Shown: positions 21,765 through 34,291 of the stretch, piece by piece
Layout: each line of letters begins with the position of its first letter
How positions within the stretch are numbered: the stretch's first letter is position 1
DNA from: Coniocarpon cinnabarinum
Taxonomy: Eukaryota
NCBI GenBank assembly: GCA_051942205.1
Contig: JAVECO010000157.1
Coordinates: 1-56,264, forward strand
Length of the DNA: 56,264 nucleotides
Direction: 5' to 3'
Notes under the pieces: model-generated
What the model was told of the DNA's origin: nothing
Databases searched by the model: none
What the model saw: only the letters and a program-made list of their open reading frames with translations
Translations under genes and position numbers: made by a program

Positions 21765-24428
21765 ATGGCGCACATGAGGGATAACGACAACACTCACAAC
21801 TCGGTCATCTCAAATCTCTCGATTCTGGCGGACGATACGGACGACTTTTACCAGGAAAGCATCAAGAAGCTGGAGCAAGACCGGCAACGTCTGCGCAACG
21901 CGACCAACGGCCAGCCGTTGCAAGCGTTCCGACGCGCGCGCACCACGCCAAGTGCTATTGACATTTTCGCAGGCGCAGGGACACGCGCGGATGATGGTCA
22001 AGACAAAAGTCCTGCGCGGTCGCGGCGCAAATCCGCGCATGCTGAAGAAGCGCCCCGAGAGCGACATGAGCGCTCGCCTTCTGCGAACATACCTCCGCAG
22101 TGGGGTCGCAAGGGTGTGCAGCGTAATGACTTCCTGCGTCGCATCAACTCCACTGGCGACATGACGGCGCCCAAGCTCGAGACCACGCCACGGAAGACCA
22201 GTGAACAAAGTGATCCAGATAGAATCTTTCGCAGACGCACCTTGTATACCGGCGACTCGCCTAACAGCCCAGGCCCGGATGATTCGATGAGCTCAGTTGA
22301 GCAGGGATCTCCGAGCTCGTCCAGGCGACGCAAGCGATTAAGCTGGCAGGCGAGCAATCGTGGCGTTCGTGCTGTCGACGACATCATGGAGCGAGAAAAG
22401 CAAGAAGCGCCGGGCGCTGAGGATGATCAGCAGCAGATTAGTCCGGGCATGCGACGCCGACAACCGAGCTTTCCTGAATTGCAACAGCAGCAAGAGATTG
22501 ATAATGTGAGGCATCGGGCGGTCACAACAAGTAGGCTGGCCGAGGCTGCGCGACGTTCAACGGTATCGAATTCACTAGCAGGAGCGTTTCGTTCTACTGA
22601 AGAAGGAGATGAGCGTCAGAGTACTCACGATCACGAGATTGTCACCGGTGAAGAAGTCATCGGCAAGGGAACACTTTTCAAGAAGAATAAACACGGTCGA
22701 CAAGACTCGAGAGACCTTCTTAAGCAGTTGGCCAGAGTCTCGAGCATGTCGCCGTCTCCACTCAGGCCGACATCCGTCCCAGGAAACGATTCACAGCCAG
22801 CTGCACTGGACGAGCGATCGCACTCCACGCCTCAACTTCCCACAACTACCTCACGCGCTTCACCGTTGGCGCAAAGAAAGGGCCTTCGAGAGTCCAAATC
22901 AGCTAACAGCAGCTTCCAAGACATTTCAACTGCTCAAGATCAAGATATTCCTGCGCTTACGAAGACACCCGTCGTCACCACTGGCGGCTGGATAGACACA
23001 CCCAAACAGGCCAATGGAGACGCAAAGTTTGTACCGAAGACATCACGACATCCCAAATCTGCGTTAGAAGGTGTCCTGCAAAAAGCATCCGATGCCCAGC
23101 TTCAGCGCAACGCCGCTCGAAAGGGCAAGTCCAGCTCGACCTCCTCAAATGCTGACGGCCTTCCTGAGGTGACGGCCAGCTCCTCAGGCGAGCTCGGCGA
23201 AGAAACGTTCGAGAACCTGCAAAAGCTCGCCCTTGAGGACACAGTAGAGTTGAATGCATTCGACCCTGAAACGCGTGCAGCGCTGCAGGAGATCGAAAAT
23301 GCACCTCTTCCTCCATCGCCTGAATTCTACGAAGAAGCCATATCCGACACCGCCTCAGCCTCGGGCTCGAAAGACATAACCAAATCTCGCGACCCATCTC
23401 CGCCTCCAGCAGAGAAGCAACCCGATATTGAGAAACCTCTTCCACCAAAACCCAGTACCCAAGAAATTCTCAAACTGCCTTCTCCTCCAAAGGAAGCCCC
23501 ATCTCAATTCACCACCATGTCCACCACCATTGCCACTTCCTCTAAACACCCCACGTCCTCCACAATCGTCACTTCCTCTGAACAGCCCTCATCCTCAAAG
23601 CAACCATCATCCTCCAAACAACCCACTTCCTCCAAACAGCTCACTTCCTCCAAACAACCCTCATCCTCAGAGCAAGCCACTTCCTCACAAGAAGCCAAAG
23701 CCTCGACCAAGATTCCCGACGAAGACGCCATCTCCCGTGCCCTCCTCCTCGAAGATCTCGCAATCGAATATTTCGACCCGAAATTGCGCAATCTCTCCCA
23801 GGAAGAGCGCTGGAACAAAATCTTCAAAGAAGCCAGTAGTCGGCGCCGCAGTCTTGAATTATTACGCGCTTACACCCAAAATCACAACAACAATCATAAC
23901 CACAATAACAGTACAGAGAAATTGAAACGTCTTTGTGAGAACTGTGGAGGACAGGCGCCGAGTATCGTCATTAAACCGGCTTCTCGAAATACCTCTCGGG
24001 TAACCCTTACAAGCCTCATGGCCAATTCATGGACCTCGACATTTCGATTTCATAATTACTGGAATCCTTCAACGCGCAGACCCACGAGGTTAGGATACAG
24101 CGTGCTTGCATTCATCCTCTGGTTCACGCTCGAAGAATCGCTCTGCGCGCAGTACTGCCACCCCGCCGCAAAAGGCTATTTCGAGCCGCACGCGTGGATC
24201 GATCCCACGAATCTCTGGCATTATCCCACCAAGCCTTTCGTCGTTTACACGAAGCTCCTGAGGGACCCGTTTTATTACGTGCTTTTGCCTTTTGAGATTG
24301 CCTTGCTTTGGGTTGTGGTTATGCCCTTGGCGATTGTGGATTGGTATATTCTGGGTGGCTTTTTTACGAGGTGGCATACCGGAAGTTATGGGCGGGATTT
24401 TGGATTCCCGGGCGGGGGCATGGGGTAG
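21765..24428 (+). CDS. Large, mostly disordered hypothetical protein with C-terminal TM segments (start uncertain; frame open from 21405)
   Basis: Roughly 3-kb open frame, S/P/R-rich, with a CxxC (CENC) and a hydrophobic C-terminal block (LGYSVLAFILWFTLEESLCAQYCHP). Confidence 0.75.
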   Translation: MAHMRDNDNTHNSVISNLSILADDTDDFYQESIKKLEQDRQRLRNATNGQPLQAFRRARTTPSAIDIFAGAGTRADDGQDKSPARSRRKSAHAEEAPRERHERSPSANIPPQWGRKGVQRNDFLRRINSTGDMTAPKLETTPRKTSEQSDPDRIFRRRTLYTGDSPNSPGPDDSMSSVEQGSPSSSRRRKRLSWQASNRGVRAVDDIMEREKQEAPGAEDDQQQISPGMRRRQPSFPELQQQQEIDNVRHRAVTTSRLAEAARRSTVSNSLAGAFRSTEEGDERQSTHDHEIVTGEEVIGKGTLFKKNKHGRQDSRDLLKQLARVSSMSPSPLRPTSVPGNDSQPAALDERSHSTPQLPTTTSRASPLAQRKGLRESKSANSSFQDISTAQDQDIPALTKTPVVTTGGWIDTPKQANGDAKFVPKTSRHPKSALEGVLQKASDAQLQRNAARKGKSSSTSSNADGLPEVTASSSGELGEETFENLQKLALEDTVELNAFDPETRAALQEIENAPLPPSPEFYEEAISDTASASGSKDITKSRDPSPPPAEKQPDIEKPLPPKPSTQEILKLPSPPKEAPSQFTTMSTTIATSSKHPTSSTIVTSSEQPSSSKQPSSSKQPTSSKQLTSSKQPSSSEQATSSQEAKASTKIPDEDAISRALLLEDLAIEYFDPKLRNLSQEERWNKIFKEASSRRRSLELLRAYTQNHNNNHNHNNSTEKLKRLCENCGGQAPSIVIKPASRNTSRVTLTSLMANSWTSTFRFHNYWNPSTRRPTRLGYSVLAFILWFTLEESLCAQYCHPAAKGYFEPHAWIDPTNLWHYPTKPFVVYTKLLRDPFYYVLLPFEIALLWVVVMPLAIVDWYILGGFFTRWHTGSYGRDFGFPGGGMG
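23532..23693 (+). repeat. Coding 18-bp minisatellite, about 9 units (PSSSKQ/PTSSKQ)
   Basis: Tandem units such as ccctcatcctcaaagcaa, ccatcatcctccaaacaa, cccacttcctccaaacag and ctcacttcctccaaacaa. Confidence 0.85.
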
Positions 24429-25259
24429 TTGAGGCTTGAGGGCGTGGCGATGGCTAGCCAGGAGGGTTACTGACATTCGATGGAGACTGCTGTGGTATGA
24501 TCGTATGCGCAGCAGGCATTTGTGGATTGGGGATCTACTGATGAGATGGGCCATTGCTTTCACGTTGGCTTTGGAGCCTGGGCAGCGACCGTGGATCGTG
24601 AGCTTATGCTCAGCCATGGCGATGAGTTGGGAGACTCAACTATGCATAAGCGAAGGAACATGGGTTTGAATGCTATTAGCGAGGTGTTGGGGACACGTCT
24701 ACGGTGCAAAGACAAAGGGTTTGCATCGGAAGCAAAGGTTGTACTATACTAAGAGGAAGGGAAAGACGAGTGTACGATATCACGAAGATACATACGACTT
24801 TGATTCGGAATATGTATCCCTATTGGTTCTCACGATTGAGCAGAGCATTTACAAACACGGTTTCTACAATCAGGGCATAGCATTTGGGTACGCTGATTGT
24901 CTAAATTTGGATTGGAGCAACCAGAAGAATGCGATATTTGAGAACACCATTTCCATTCAATAGAACTACATTTGACGACTCGTCCTTCCCGAGCCGACAC
25001 ACATGACGATCAAGACGCCGAGCACGCCAGTGCGCTCCCTGGGCTGTGACAATCCGTCGTGGTCTCGTGAAATGAACATCCTCTGTCTCTGTCTCCTTCT
25101 CACCTTCTTCAACTCAATTTAACTCATGTTTTGGGGATATCGACGGGGGTAGATTGGGGACGAAGCGTTTGCTTTGCTTTGCTGTGATTTGCTGCGTGTG
25201 TTTAGACAAGCCGACGCAAGGTAGCAGCGTCAATGATTGCTTCGAATGCTTGACTTGCT

Positions 25260-26555
25260 CTATAGTTCGCTCTTGGCAGCCTTGCTTGCCTCGACATATG
25301 CACTGGATGCCGACTTGCTTACGCTGGCAGCACTCTTGCTCACACTGCTGGCGTAGCTGTCCTTCAAACCCAGAGCAACTTGCACCTGGTCAGCATAGCC
25401 CCTAGCTTGTTGGTACAAAGAGTCGAAAAGGTTCTCAGATTTCAAGCTCGCGTCCTCAGTAGCTTTAGCGAATTCATTGCCCGCGGAGCTGGTGGCAGCA
25501 CCGACGTAGCCAGAAGCAGAGGATGCAGCATCAGAGGCGGAGTCCGTGGGGAGCTTTTGGTTCTTGCGCGCGAGGGCGAGGAGCTCGTTACGCTTGCTGC
25601 CCTGAGGAACCTTGACGCCGTTCTTGTCAAGGAACGCCTTGATGTCGCTGTCGCTCCACGCGTTGAAAACTTCGGATGAAAGCGAATCAGTAGCGGCGGC
25701 AGCACTGCTGCTGAGGCTCTCGACGGCTTTTTGCGCATTGAGACTAGCAACGCGAGAATTGCGTCGAACTGATGCTATGAGCTGATCACGCTTGCCGGCT
25801 TGCGGGGCTTTGATGCCTCGCTCGTCGAGCCATGCCTTGAGCTCGCTGTCCGACCAATTCGCCCAAAGCCAGTTCCCAGGATATGAGGAAGTCTCTGATA
25901 CTTTATTGGCTGCAGACTGATAGTTCTCGCGTGCGTGCTTGATAAGGACGTCGCGTTGAGTGGGTTGTGGAACATTGATACCGTGGTGGTCACAGAACGC
26001 CTTGATCTGGGAATCTGACCAGGAATCAAAAATCCAGTCTCGTATGCTGGCGTACGCCGAGTTGGCTTTGTCTTCAGTATCAGTCCAGCCGGCTTGGACC
26101 TGATTGACGAGCTCGTCTTTGCTCTGAGTCGCGGACCTCTTAAGTTCCAGACCCTCTGTCTGGAGCTGCTTCTGGAGACGGGTGGTGTCCCAATTTAAGT
26201 AGGGTGACTCAACTGCCGCGCGCCAATTCGTCTTGACGAGGTTTTCGAGATCCTTGCGATCAGCTGGAGTTGGGTAGGGCACCTCATGATCCGAGAGCCA
26301 GCGCTCGAGCTCAGACTCATGCCACTTATTGTAGACTGGTCATCAGTGTTAGCAAGTGTGGTTTTCTGGACCAAGATGACGATTTCATCCGGGGCCAGCT
26401 CGGATCGATCAACGATCACCATCCGTGATGGCGCAATTCATCTTGATGATGGGGCATGAAAAGTCAAGAGGCCACGTACCAGCTTTGCTAAACCAGCTAC
26501 TTGCAACTGTAACTTCTGTGGCCAAGAGGGCCGAAAAGATGAGGGAGAGCTTCAT
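25260..26555 (-). CDS. ish1: Ish1/Msc1 stress-responsive nuclear-envelope/ER-lumen protein; intron 26336-26478
   Basis: Signal peptide MKLSLIFSALLATEVTVASSWFSKA-VYNKWHESELERWLSDHEVPYP, repeated W-S-D-S-x-[IL]-K-x-[FW]-[LC]-D units, C-terminal KSEL. Confidence 0.85.
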
Positions 26556-27080
26556 GTTGGTTGCGCAACGTGGCGCTTGCTGTTCGCTGAAAGAGACGAC
26601 AGTGATGCAAAGGCTGATGAATAGGAGGATGAGTCTCTAAGGAAGTCTGCCAATTTCATGAAAAGGACAGCGTGTTCCAGGCAGGCGGCAGGCGCTTGCT
26701 CTGGGGATTACCTAGTTTGTTTCCTGGGCAACATATGACGTAGTGTGTCCCACTTTGCGCTACACCAAGAAAAGGCACAATGGTAATTGAGCATCTTCGC
26801 CAAGTCACATTTGATAGTGCAGCACATGCGTTCGAGTGGTCCCCTCTCACATGAATCTGAAGTCCAACAAAGGTTGACGATGTTATCACTCGATACTCCC
26901 AATAGTGTACATAGGTCAGCTGCATACCCATCCTGTAGCAGCTGCCTCGATCTGCAAATAGATAGGAGGGTCCCCCGAATAGCTAGTTCACAAGTAGCCT
27001 TTTCCTCCACAGCAGTCGCATATTCAGCCATTCCTTATGACGGCTCAAATGTTTTGTGACTCTCAATCCAAAACCGTCGT

Positions 27081-27497
27081 CTATTGATCGCCCTCTCCTC
27101 GCCAGAATCCTTTCTCTACTTTGTCCTTAGGGTCGTTGTGGCGTTCGGGGTCGTGGCTCTTGGCCTGTCGCTTTTCCATCTCCTCGTTATGCTTGCGAAC
27201 CTCTTCATTCCCAGTGCCATCTTGCTGCTCGGAATGCAAGGGCTTTCCCTTGGCACCACTGTTTCCGGATGAAGATCCACTTGAAGTATCTGGTGCTGGC
27301 GGTCCCGGGTGTTCTTGATCTTCGGAAGGGTTTGGTCCAGGCTTGGGCTCTCCAGTTCCGTAATCGCTATGGGCGAGCCGTCGATGGCTTGCGGCAAAAG
27401 AAACGGGAGTCTGACGGAACTGTGTGGAAGCGTGGCCTGCTCGTGCCAAAGACGCACGATTGCGCTGCCCAGCAGCTTTGAAAAGTATTCTCTGCAT
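27081..27497 (-). CDS. Small hypothetical protein with a mitochondrial-presequence-like N-terminus
   Basis: 138-aa ORF with an R/A/S-rich, acid-free N-terminus followed by a hydrophilic domain (QEHPGPPAP, VRKHNEEMEKR, KVEKGFWRG). Confidence 0.65.
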   Translation of the reverse strand: MQRILFKAAGQRNRASLARAGHASTQFRQTPVSFAASHRRLAHSDYGTGEPKPGPNPSEDQEHPGPPAPDTSSGSSSGNSGAKGKPLHSEQQDGTGNEEVRKHNEEMEKRQAKSHDPERHNDPKDKVEKGFWRGEGDQ

Positions 27498-28004
27498 GAT
27501 CTGGAGTCGTTTGAGAGCTTCTTCGACCTAACTTGAGCTCAGAGCTCCTGCTGCCAGTAAGTAGCGTTGTAGCACGCTGACCGGCTAGATGGAGGTTTTG
27601 ACTGCTATGAGACAAGAGGAATTTCAGCGAAACACCGTATCAAGATGATTCGGCAGGAGAGTGCTTAAAGAGCAGCTGGAAGCTTATCAGAGACCAATAT
27701 CTCCGTTGGCAATGGAGAGTTTGAGCACAAGCGCGATACAGCTCTTCGACCGTTGAATTAGGAGATCGAGCACCTACCTACGTAATGGGTAGCGTCGATC
27801 TGCATCAGCTGTCAATTCCGCCCCGGCGTGAGCAGGGTCAGCCTCGGCTCGTTCTGCAGTTTCACGAGAAACACCAAGCTCAAGTCTTTGTAATCAGGTC
27901 CCTTTTATCGAGAGGGCTCCCAAATCTATTTCTTTAGCTTTGGTGTAATTTGGCCTGACGGAGTTCGCGACCAGACACGTTTTTCTAAGACGAGTGAACT
28001 AACG

Positions 28005-29109
28005 ATGGCCATCCGTGAGGACTTGGTTTCGTCTGCAGTCACATTTCTGCAAGACCAAAGCGTTGCAAGTGCGCCATTGGACACGCGTGTCAAGTTTCTA
28101 CAGTCAAAAAACCTCACACAAGAGGAAATTGATGCATCTCTTGCAAGAGCAGATCCCTCGCAACCGGGCCAGGTAACCGTGCAGACGAACTACACGCCCC
28201 AGAGTCAGCAAGTTGTTCAAAGACCTCCTCCTCCTCCTCCTTCGAATCAATATGCAGGTCATCCTCCCTATCAAGGCTATTGGCAACAGCCACCTGCGCC
28301 ACCAGAAGTTCCGCGGAGAGATTGGAGAGACTACTTCATCATGGCTACCGTGATGAGCGGCGTAGGATACGGATTGTACTTTTGTGCGAAGGCAAGTATA
28401 GGAGGCTGCAAGAATTGAAGTTTCTTCGGCTAATTCCATGTAGCGCTACATCTATCCCCTGATCGCTCCGCCAACACCACCACAACTCGAGCAAGACAAG
28501 GCTCAAATCGACGAGGCATTTGAGCGAGCCTTCAATCTTATTGAACAATTATCAAGCGACACAGCAAACATCAAGGCGTCAGAAGAACAGCGGACTGAGA
28601 AACTAGACGCGGCTATTGCTGACTTTGAGAGGAGCGTGACGGAGCTCAAAGAAGCCAGTCACAAGCGCGACGACGACACCCGACGGCTTGGAGATGACCT
28701 AAGACAGATGCAAGACCTCATCCCGAAAGCCATGAAAACACAAGAAAAGAATGCCGACGATCGTTTGAGAGATCTAGGACAAGAATTGAAGAGTCTCAAG
28801 ACGTTGCTCGCAAACAGAATGGGTGCGCCTGCAGCAGCATCAAGTCCCAAGCCAACCGCAAGCACCAACGGCGCCAGTTCTGTCAGCGCTGGTAGCACGG
28901 TTATTGCGAATGGACCTACACCTGAATCTAGCGTCAATACGGGGACCGCGCCAACTCCAGAGCCGCAGCAAGATTCCGCTAATCCTCTCGCAAGATTTTC
29001 AGCAGGAAAGGGTGGCATCCCGTCCTGGCAGATGGCTGCAACGAAAACCGCCGAGAGCAGCGGCTCGCAACAGGAAGGAAATGGATCGCAAGGCAATGTC
29101 ACAGGCTAG
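28005..29109 (+). CDS. PEX14: Peroxisomal docking protein Pex14; GC-AG intron 28392-28443
   Basis: MAIREDLVSSAVTFLQD...RVKFLQSKNLTQEEIDASL, RDWRDYFIMATVMSGVGYGLY, spliced AK-RYIYPLIAPPTPPQLEQDK, ELKSLKTLL and IPSWQMA. Confidence 0.93.
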
Positions 29110-29311
29110 GCATGTGAATGCCAATACAAGATGAAAAGCTTCGCACGAGCGTCGACAGAACGCTTTGAGAGAGCATCACGTGATTGTGTTGTGTTGCTGC
29201 AGCAACCCCGAAAAAAAGTCTTGGCGGTCAACACAGACGGAAATCGCGTCTCTCAAACTCACTTTGCGACAGTTGCATTCAGGCCAAAACGCAAGACCTG
29301 TCATTGCCAGA

Positions 29312-31756
29312 ATGTCTCAAGAAACGGGCATTTTCAGCGTGCGCCGACCTCGCGAAGTGGGTTTGCAATTTTCGCGTACTTTGGATCTCGTCGCTGACTG
29401 TCTGCGAACAGACGCTGGGCAACATCAATCAGAATGTCTCAGCTATACCCCTCCCCGCGTCGGCAATGAAGCGCTCTAACTCAAGCTCTAATATCTACCA
29501 AGCACCAAGCACTAGCAATCATGCACGCTCCGTCTCTGGCTCACGCATGTCCCTTGCGCCTGGCAGACCCAGTCAGCCAGTCTTTCAGCGTTCCTCTTCA
29601 GGAGGCAACCTCGCCGATATGGGTGCATCAACGATTCAACGGCCGTCTTCCGCAAACATGATGGGTGCATCCAGTGGCAGGAAAAGCATGGCGCCTTTTC
29701 AAACACCCGCGCATGCTTCGTCGCTGCAACTACAGCAGAGCACGCAAAGAAGGAGTAGTGTTTACAGCGCACGCAATTCTGGCCAGCCGGGCTCATTCGG
29801 TCGGCAAAGCTTTTTCCAGCAAGCGCCTGTGCCTGCTGGTGTTCCGAAAGACCCGCGCCCACTTAGAGATCGCAATTATCAAAAGCAGCTTGGTCAAGAA
29901 CTTATGGACTTCCTAACTCAGAACAATTTCGAGATGGATATGAAGCACTCACTGTCGCACAACTCCATGGTCAGTCCGACGCAAAAGGACTTCAACTACA
30001 TGTTCCAATGGCTGTATTTGCGCATCGACCCCAGCTATCGCTTTTATAAAAACATTGACCAAGAAGTCCCGCCAATCTTGAAGCAACTGCGTTATCCCTA
30101 CGAGAAGAGCATCACCAAATCGCAGATCTCAGCTGTTGGAGGCGCTAATTGGGGCACCTTCCTTGGTGTACTGCACTGGATGATGCAGCTGGTCAAGATG
30201 ATGGAGCAGTTCAATGCTGGCAGCTACGATGAATCCGCTGCAGAAGCCGGGTTCGACGTGCAGAGTGATCGCATCGTCTTTGAGTTCTTGACAGATTCAT
30301 ATCATGAGTGGCTCGCGATGGAAGACGATCAAGAAGACAAAGCGGAAGAAATACTCCAGCCTCACGTGCAAAAAATGGTTCAACGCTTTGACCAAGCCAA
30401 TTCGAAATACCTGGAGCAGGTCAAAATGCTTGAAGCGGAGCACCAGGCCCTCAGCCGCCAGGTCGAAGAGTTAAGCAAGTCTGAGCAGCGCATACGGAAG
30501 CTCGAGGAGCAAACTAAAGACTATGAAGACGACAAAAACAAATTCGATGCCTACAATGGGAAGCTTCAAGTCAAGATTGAGAAGTACTACGGACGCGTGC
30601 AGCCTTTAGACGAAGAGATGCAACGTATCGATGACGAGCTCCAGAGGAGCGAGCAGCAGCGCAAAGACTTGCAAGATGCTCTCGATCGCCAAGGCATCAC
30701 TATGGACGAGATCGATAAGATGAATACGGAGCGAGAACGTCTTCAATCTGGTGTGGATGCTACTACGCAACGGCTAGACGAAGTTAAGCGCAAAGTCAAC
30801 AGCAGGGAAACCGAGACCGATCAGAAGCTTGACGCGGCCGAGCGAGCTGTTCAAGATTACAACACGTTGGGCTACGAAATTGGTGAGTTCGCTGGTTCCT
30901 CAGAAAACATCTTGGGAAAACTTCGTGCTGACATGCCGGCTCTAGGTATGATCCCTAAAACAGCTGCCAATGCTAAAGGTGAAGACTTCGAGCTCTTTTT
31001 GAAGGTGAACGCGGGCCCCGACTTTCGCTCATCCAGGTCGAAGCGCTCGGAAAGTCCTGAACAAGAGCGCCTGCTTGCAGATGCGCAGGCGCAGAATGGC
31101 TATCGTCCCCAGAATCTGCTCAACATTGACGTTAAGGGCAAAGTGAAGTCCAGCATAGTCAATCTGAGAAAAGAAGTGAGCGAACGTAAAAACGCCGCTG
31201 CTGAACAGGACATGAGCAACCGCGATTTGCTTGACAAGATCCGTGAAGCTATTGAAGACAAACAGCAAGAAGTCGACGGGCTTGGACACAAGGTGCGGGC
31301 AGCAGAAGAGGAGTGTGAAAGAACTCGTCAGGTGAGCGAGATACCGCGGCTGTGCGCGAGGCAGCTCTCGTGCGCATTTAATGCAACACCTGGTGCAATG
31401 CTGATTCTTTGCAGATGACAAACGCACAGCGCATGAACTCAGAGGCGCAAATTGAGAGACTCGAGAAAGAGTTGTCGAATATGCGTACCACTTTGGGTGA
31501 ATCTGTTCAACTCATGGAGCAACGAGAAATGAACACCAACCTCGAGTACGAGCAACTTCAGATTCGTGCAACAGCTTTACGTGAGGAATTGCACACTGAA
31601 GTCGAACGAATTTTGAACGATGTCATCAAGTTCAAGGTTCACATTCAGCAAAATCTAGAGGAGTACGATTTCTTTGTCGAAGAGGAAGTACAGAAAGAGT
31701 GTGAAGGAGGTGATATCAAACAGGATGACCTTGCCGATGAGGTCAAGGAACAATGA
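29312..31756 (+). CDS. NDC80: Kinetochore protein Ndc80; introns 29357-29411, 30883-30945, 31332-31414
   Basis: [22 protein letters not shown]..., CH-domain motifs [49 protein letters not shown], then a long coiled coil. Confidence 0.93.
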
Positions 31757-32054
31757 TGGTCAGATTCTGATGCTCGAGCCTATGTTGGATGGATGCTCGA
31801 TACTGCAACAGCTACTTATGATTGATACATAATGATGAGATGCCCTTCGATCAATAGCAGTTGACTATCACAACTCATGTCCCTGCTGAGTACTTGTGAA
31901 CAAAATTGTTGTCTCACCCAATCCAACTACCTCGTTCTCGTTCTCGCAAACCTTACATATTCAAGTCAAGCTCCACCTCAACTACCAACCCAATCGTCCG
32001 CCGTAGGCTGTACACAAGCCTCTTGAGAGCTGCTAGCTCTATTCGACGGCTGCG

Positions 32055-33302
32055 ATGTCCTCAACGCATCGTGAGCCGTCAGAAGAAGTGGACGACAGAA
32101 CCTTACCAGAATTTCTTAACGTTCGTCAAGCTCCTTACTGTACACGCATACTTAACAAGCTAACGAAGCTGTAGGACGTCCTTCTTTATCCATTTCACAT
32201 CCTCACTTCTCCTCTCGCGTCACGCATCTATCTGCGCACAGTGCTCCTTTTCCTTGCTTCCTTTGCGCTGCTCGGACTTTCCGTCGTTGCGTACTCTTTA
32301 TTCTACTACAACTACATACCCTCATCTGGGTTTACCCTACCATTGCACCTTCAATACTCGCCTACATACGCACATAACCCCTACGCATTGGTACGAGTGC
32401 CGCGCAGCGTTGTCAAAAGTCAGCAAAGCTATGATGTCACGATTCACATATGTTTGCCGAGCATTCCTGCGAATGTCGAAGCTGGCAATTTCATGGTCGA
32501 CGCTCAGATTCGAGGGCCTGAGGAAGCTCTGGCGGTGCCCAATTCTGTGGATACGACAGCGTGGAACTCTGGTGATGGCACAATCGAGATGGTAGCACCT
32601 GTGCTGGCGTCCTCGTCAAGACCTGCGCTGTTGTTTCCAGAGGATCGCCTCGTTTCTACTACCCGTCGGTTGCTACAGCTGCCGCTTCTTGTAATAGGTT
32701 GGACTAGCGAGTCACATTGCTTGTCAGTGCCTGTCTTCGAAGGCGTGGCTTTTGAGAAAGGGTGGCGTAACCAGCCGGATGTGGTGAGAGTGGAGATTGC
32801 TGCTCAGGGAGGACCGCAGAGGACTCTAAGAGTAGCCGGGACGAGTATGGAGTGGACAGCTCGGTTTGAAGGGCTGCGGTGGATTTTGTGGCGATGGAGG
32901 ATCACTTCGGCTATCTTTGGCATCGGGACGTTTTGGATCACGTCTGTGAGCGCTAATTTGGCAGTGTGGCTCATACTTGGATATTTATGGGAGATCTTCA
33001 AGGGTAAGAGAAGCGCCCATGAGGAAGCCGGATCAGGAAAACGAGGAGAAGAGTCCCTTGATGACCGAAAAAGCATCAAGGGAGAGATGGGGGTCGTAAA
33101 GACCGAGGATGCAGACGAGTCAATGACCGTACCAACTAAGGAAGAGGAGGCGGACGACGAAGACGAAGACGCAGATTCCGTTATGGGTGAATCGGTAACA
33201 GCAGCTGCGCTAAGAGACGATTCTGGCTTAGGCACGAGCCTCGAGAGCAGTGGCGGTGGCAGATCGTCGAGCATGAGGAGGAGAAGAAAAGGGTCGAGGT
33301 GA
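32055..33302 (+). CDS. SEI1: Seipin (lipid droplet biogenesis, Sei1/Fld1/BSCL2 family); intron 32121-32174
   Basis: Two TM helices flanking a lumenal domain with FYYNYIP, PLHLQY, QQSYDVTIHICLP...N..AGNFMV and ARFEGLRWILWRW. Confidence 0.88.
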
Positions 33303-34291
33303 AGCAACTGGACAAGAGCCCCATCTCATGCGGCAATGTTTCTTTCATCATCAATCCGGCCAATTGTCCCCAAAGTAAAACTACAAGTCGATTTCGGATG
33401 GTGATTAAGTGAATCGCATGCGTATTACTTGAGACTGCTCAGCGATTATTTCAAATATATCTCACCTAAATCCTCAGCCATGCAGATGAGAGAGAACGTC
33501 CAGCACGGTTATATGAGCAATAGAGTAAAATGCTTAACGCCCATGACGCAATTCGCGGCTTAGATAAAGCACGAAGGGTTTGTATGTGTGCAGACGGAAC
33601 GCCTAGAATTCGGATGCCTCAAGACGGATAGGATGGTCAGTGGCGGTCTATGCGTTTTATATCTGGTACATATCTGTTGCATGATAGCTTTCAGTACAGG
33701 CACAACCAGACAGAATCCACGTTATCCACCGACCTCGCCCACGACAATCGTCTTTAGTAATTTTTGTTCGTAGACATCTAATCGCAATGCAAGCAGTCGT
33801 CGATGCCTACCCGTGGGCATTATGCGGTTACTACTTATCTGCAGATCAGAGAGATTTCTGAAAATTATATAGCTGCGCTATTCTTGCAACGTTCAATCCG
33901 TATTGTTACTAGAGTATGGATTCGCATGCATCTGACTCGCAAGCGTTTCACTACAATGCATTTCGGCGCGCCTGCCCTCACGCTGTAGCAACGGAGAAGG
34001 TAAGAACGATGACAGGTCCTGTGATCTAGCGCAAGACGTGCGTGAAAGTGACAAAGAAGTCGTGACTCGAGGGACTGCTGTGAGGCCTGGAGGGCCGATC
34101 AGAATGCATACTAAAATACCTAATGTGGTATATTGAAGCTCATGTGCTGCATGCATGTGAGTTGCATCATTCGTTGGTCACTGCGGCGCCTGTACTTGTG
34201 TCTTTCCCCCAGCCAGTTCTCAGCCCTCTTCTATGAACATGAAAGCTGCGGCCTGCAGCCAGACTTCACATCTTTCACACATCTCATCCGA

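Noticed and set aside
30883..30945. Apparent 21-aa insertion in the Ndc80 ORF
   Set aside because: It is an ordinary in-frame 63-nt intron (GTGAGT...GCTGAC...TAG).
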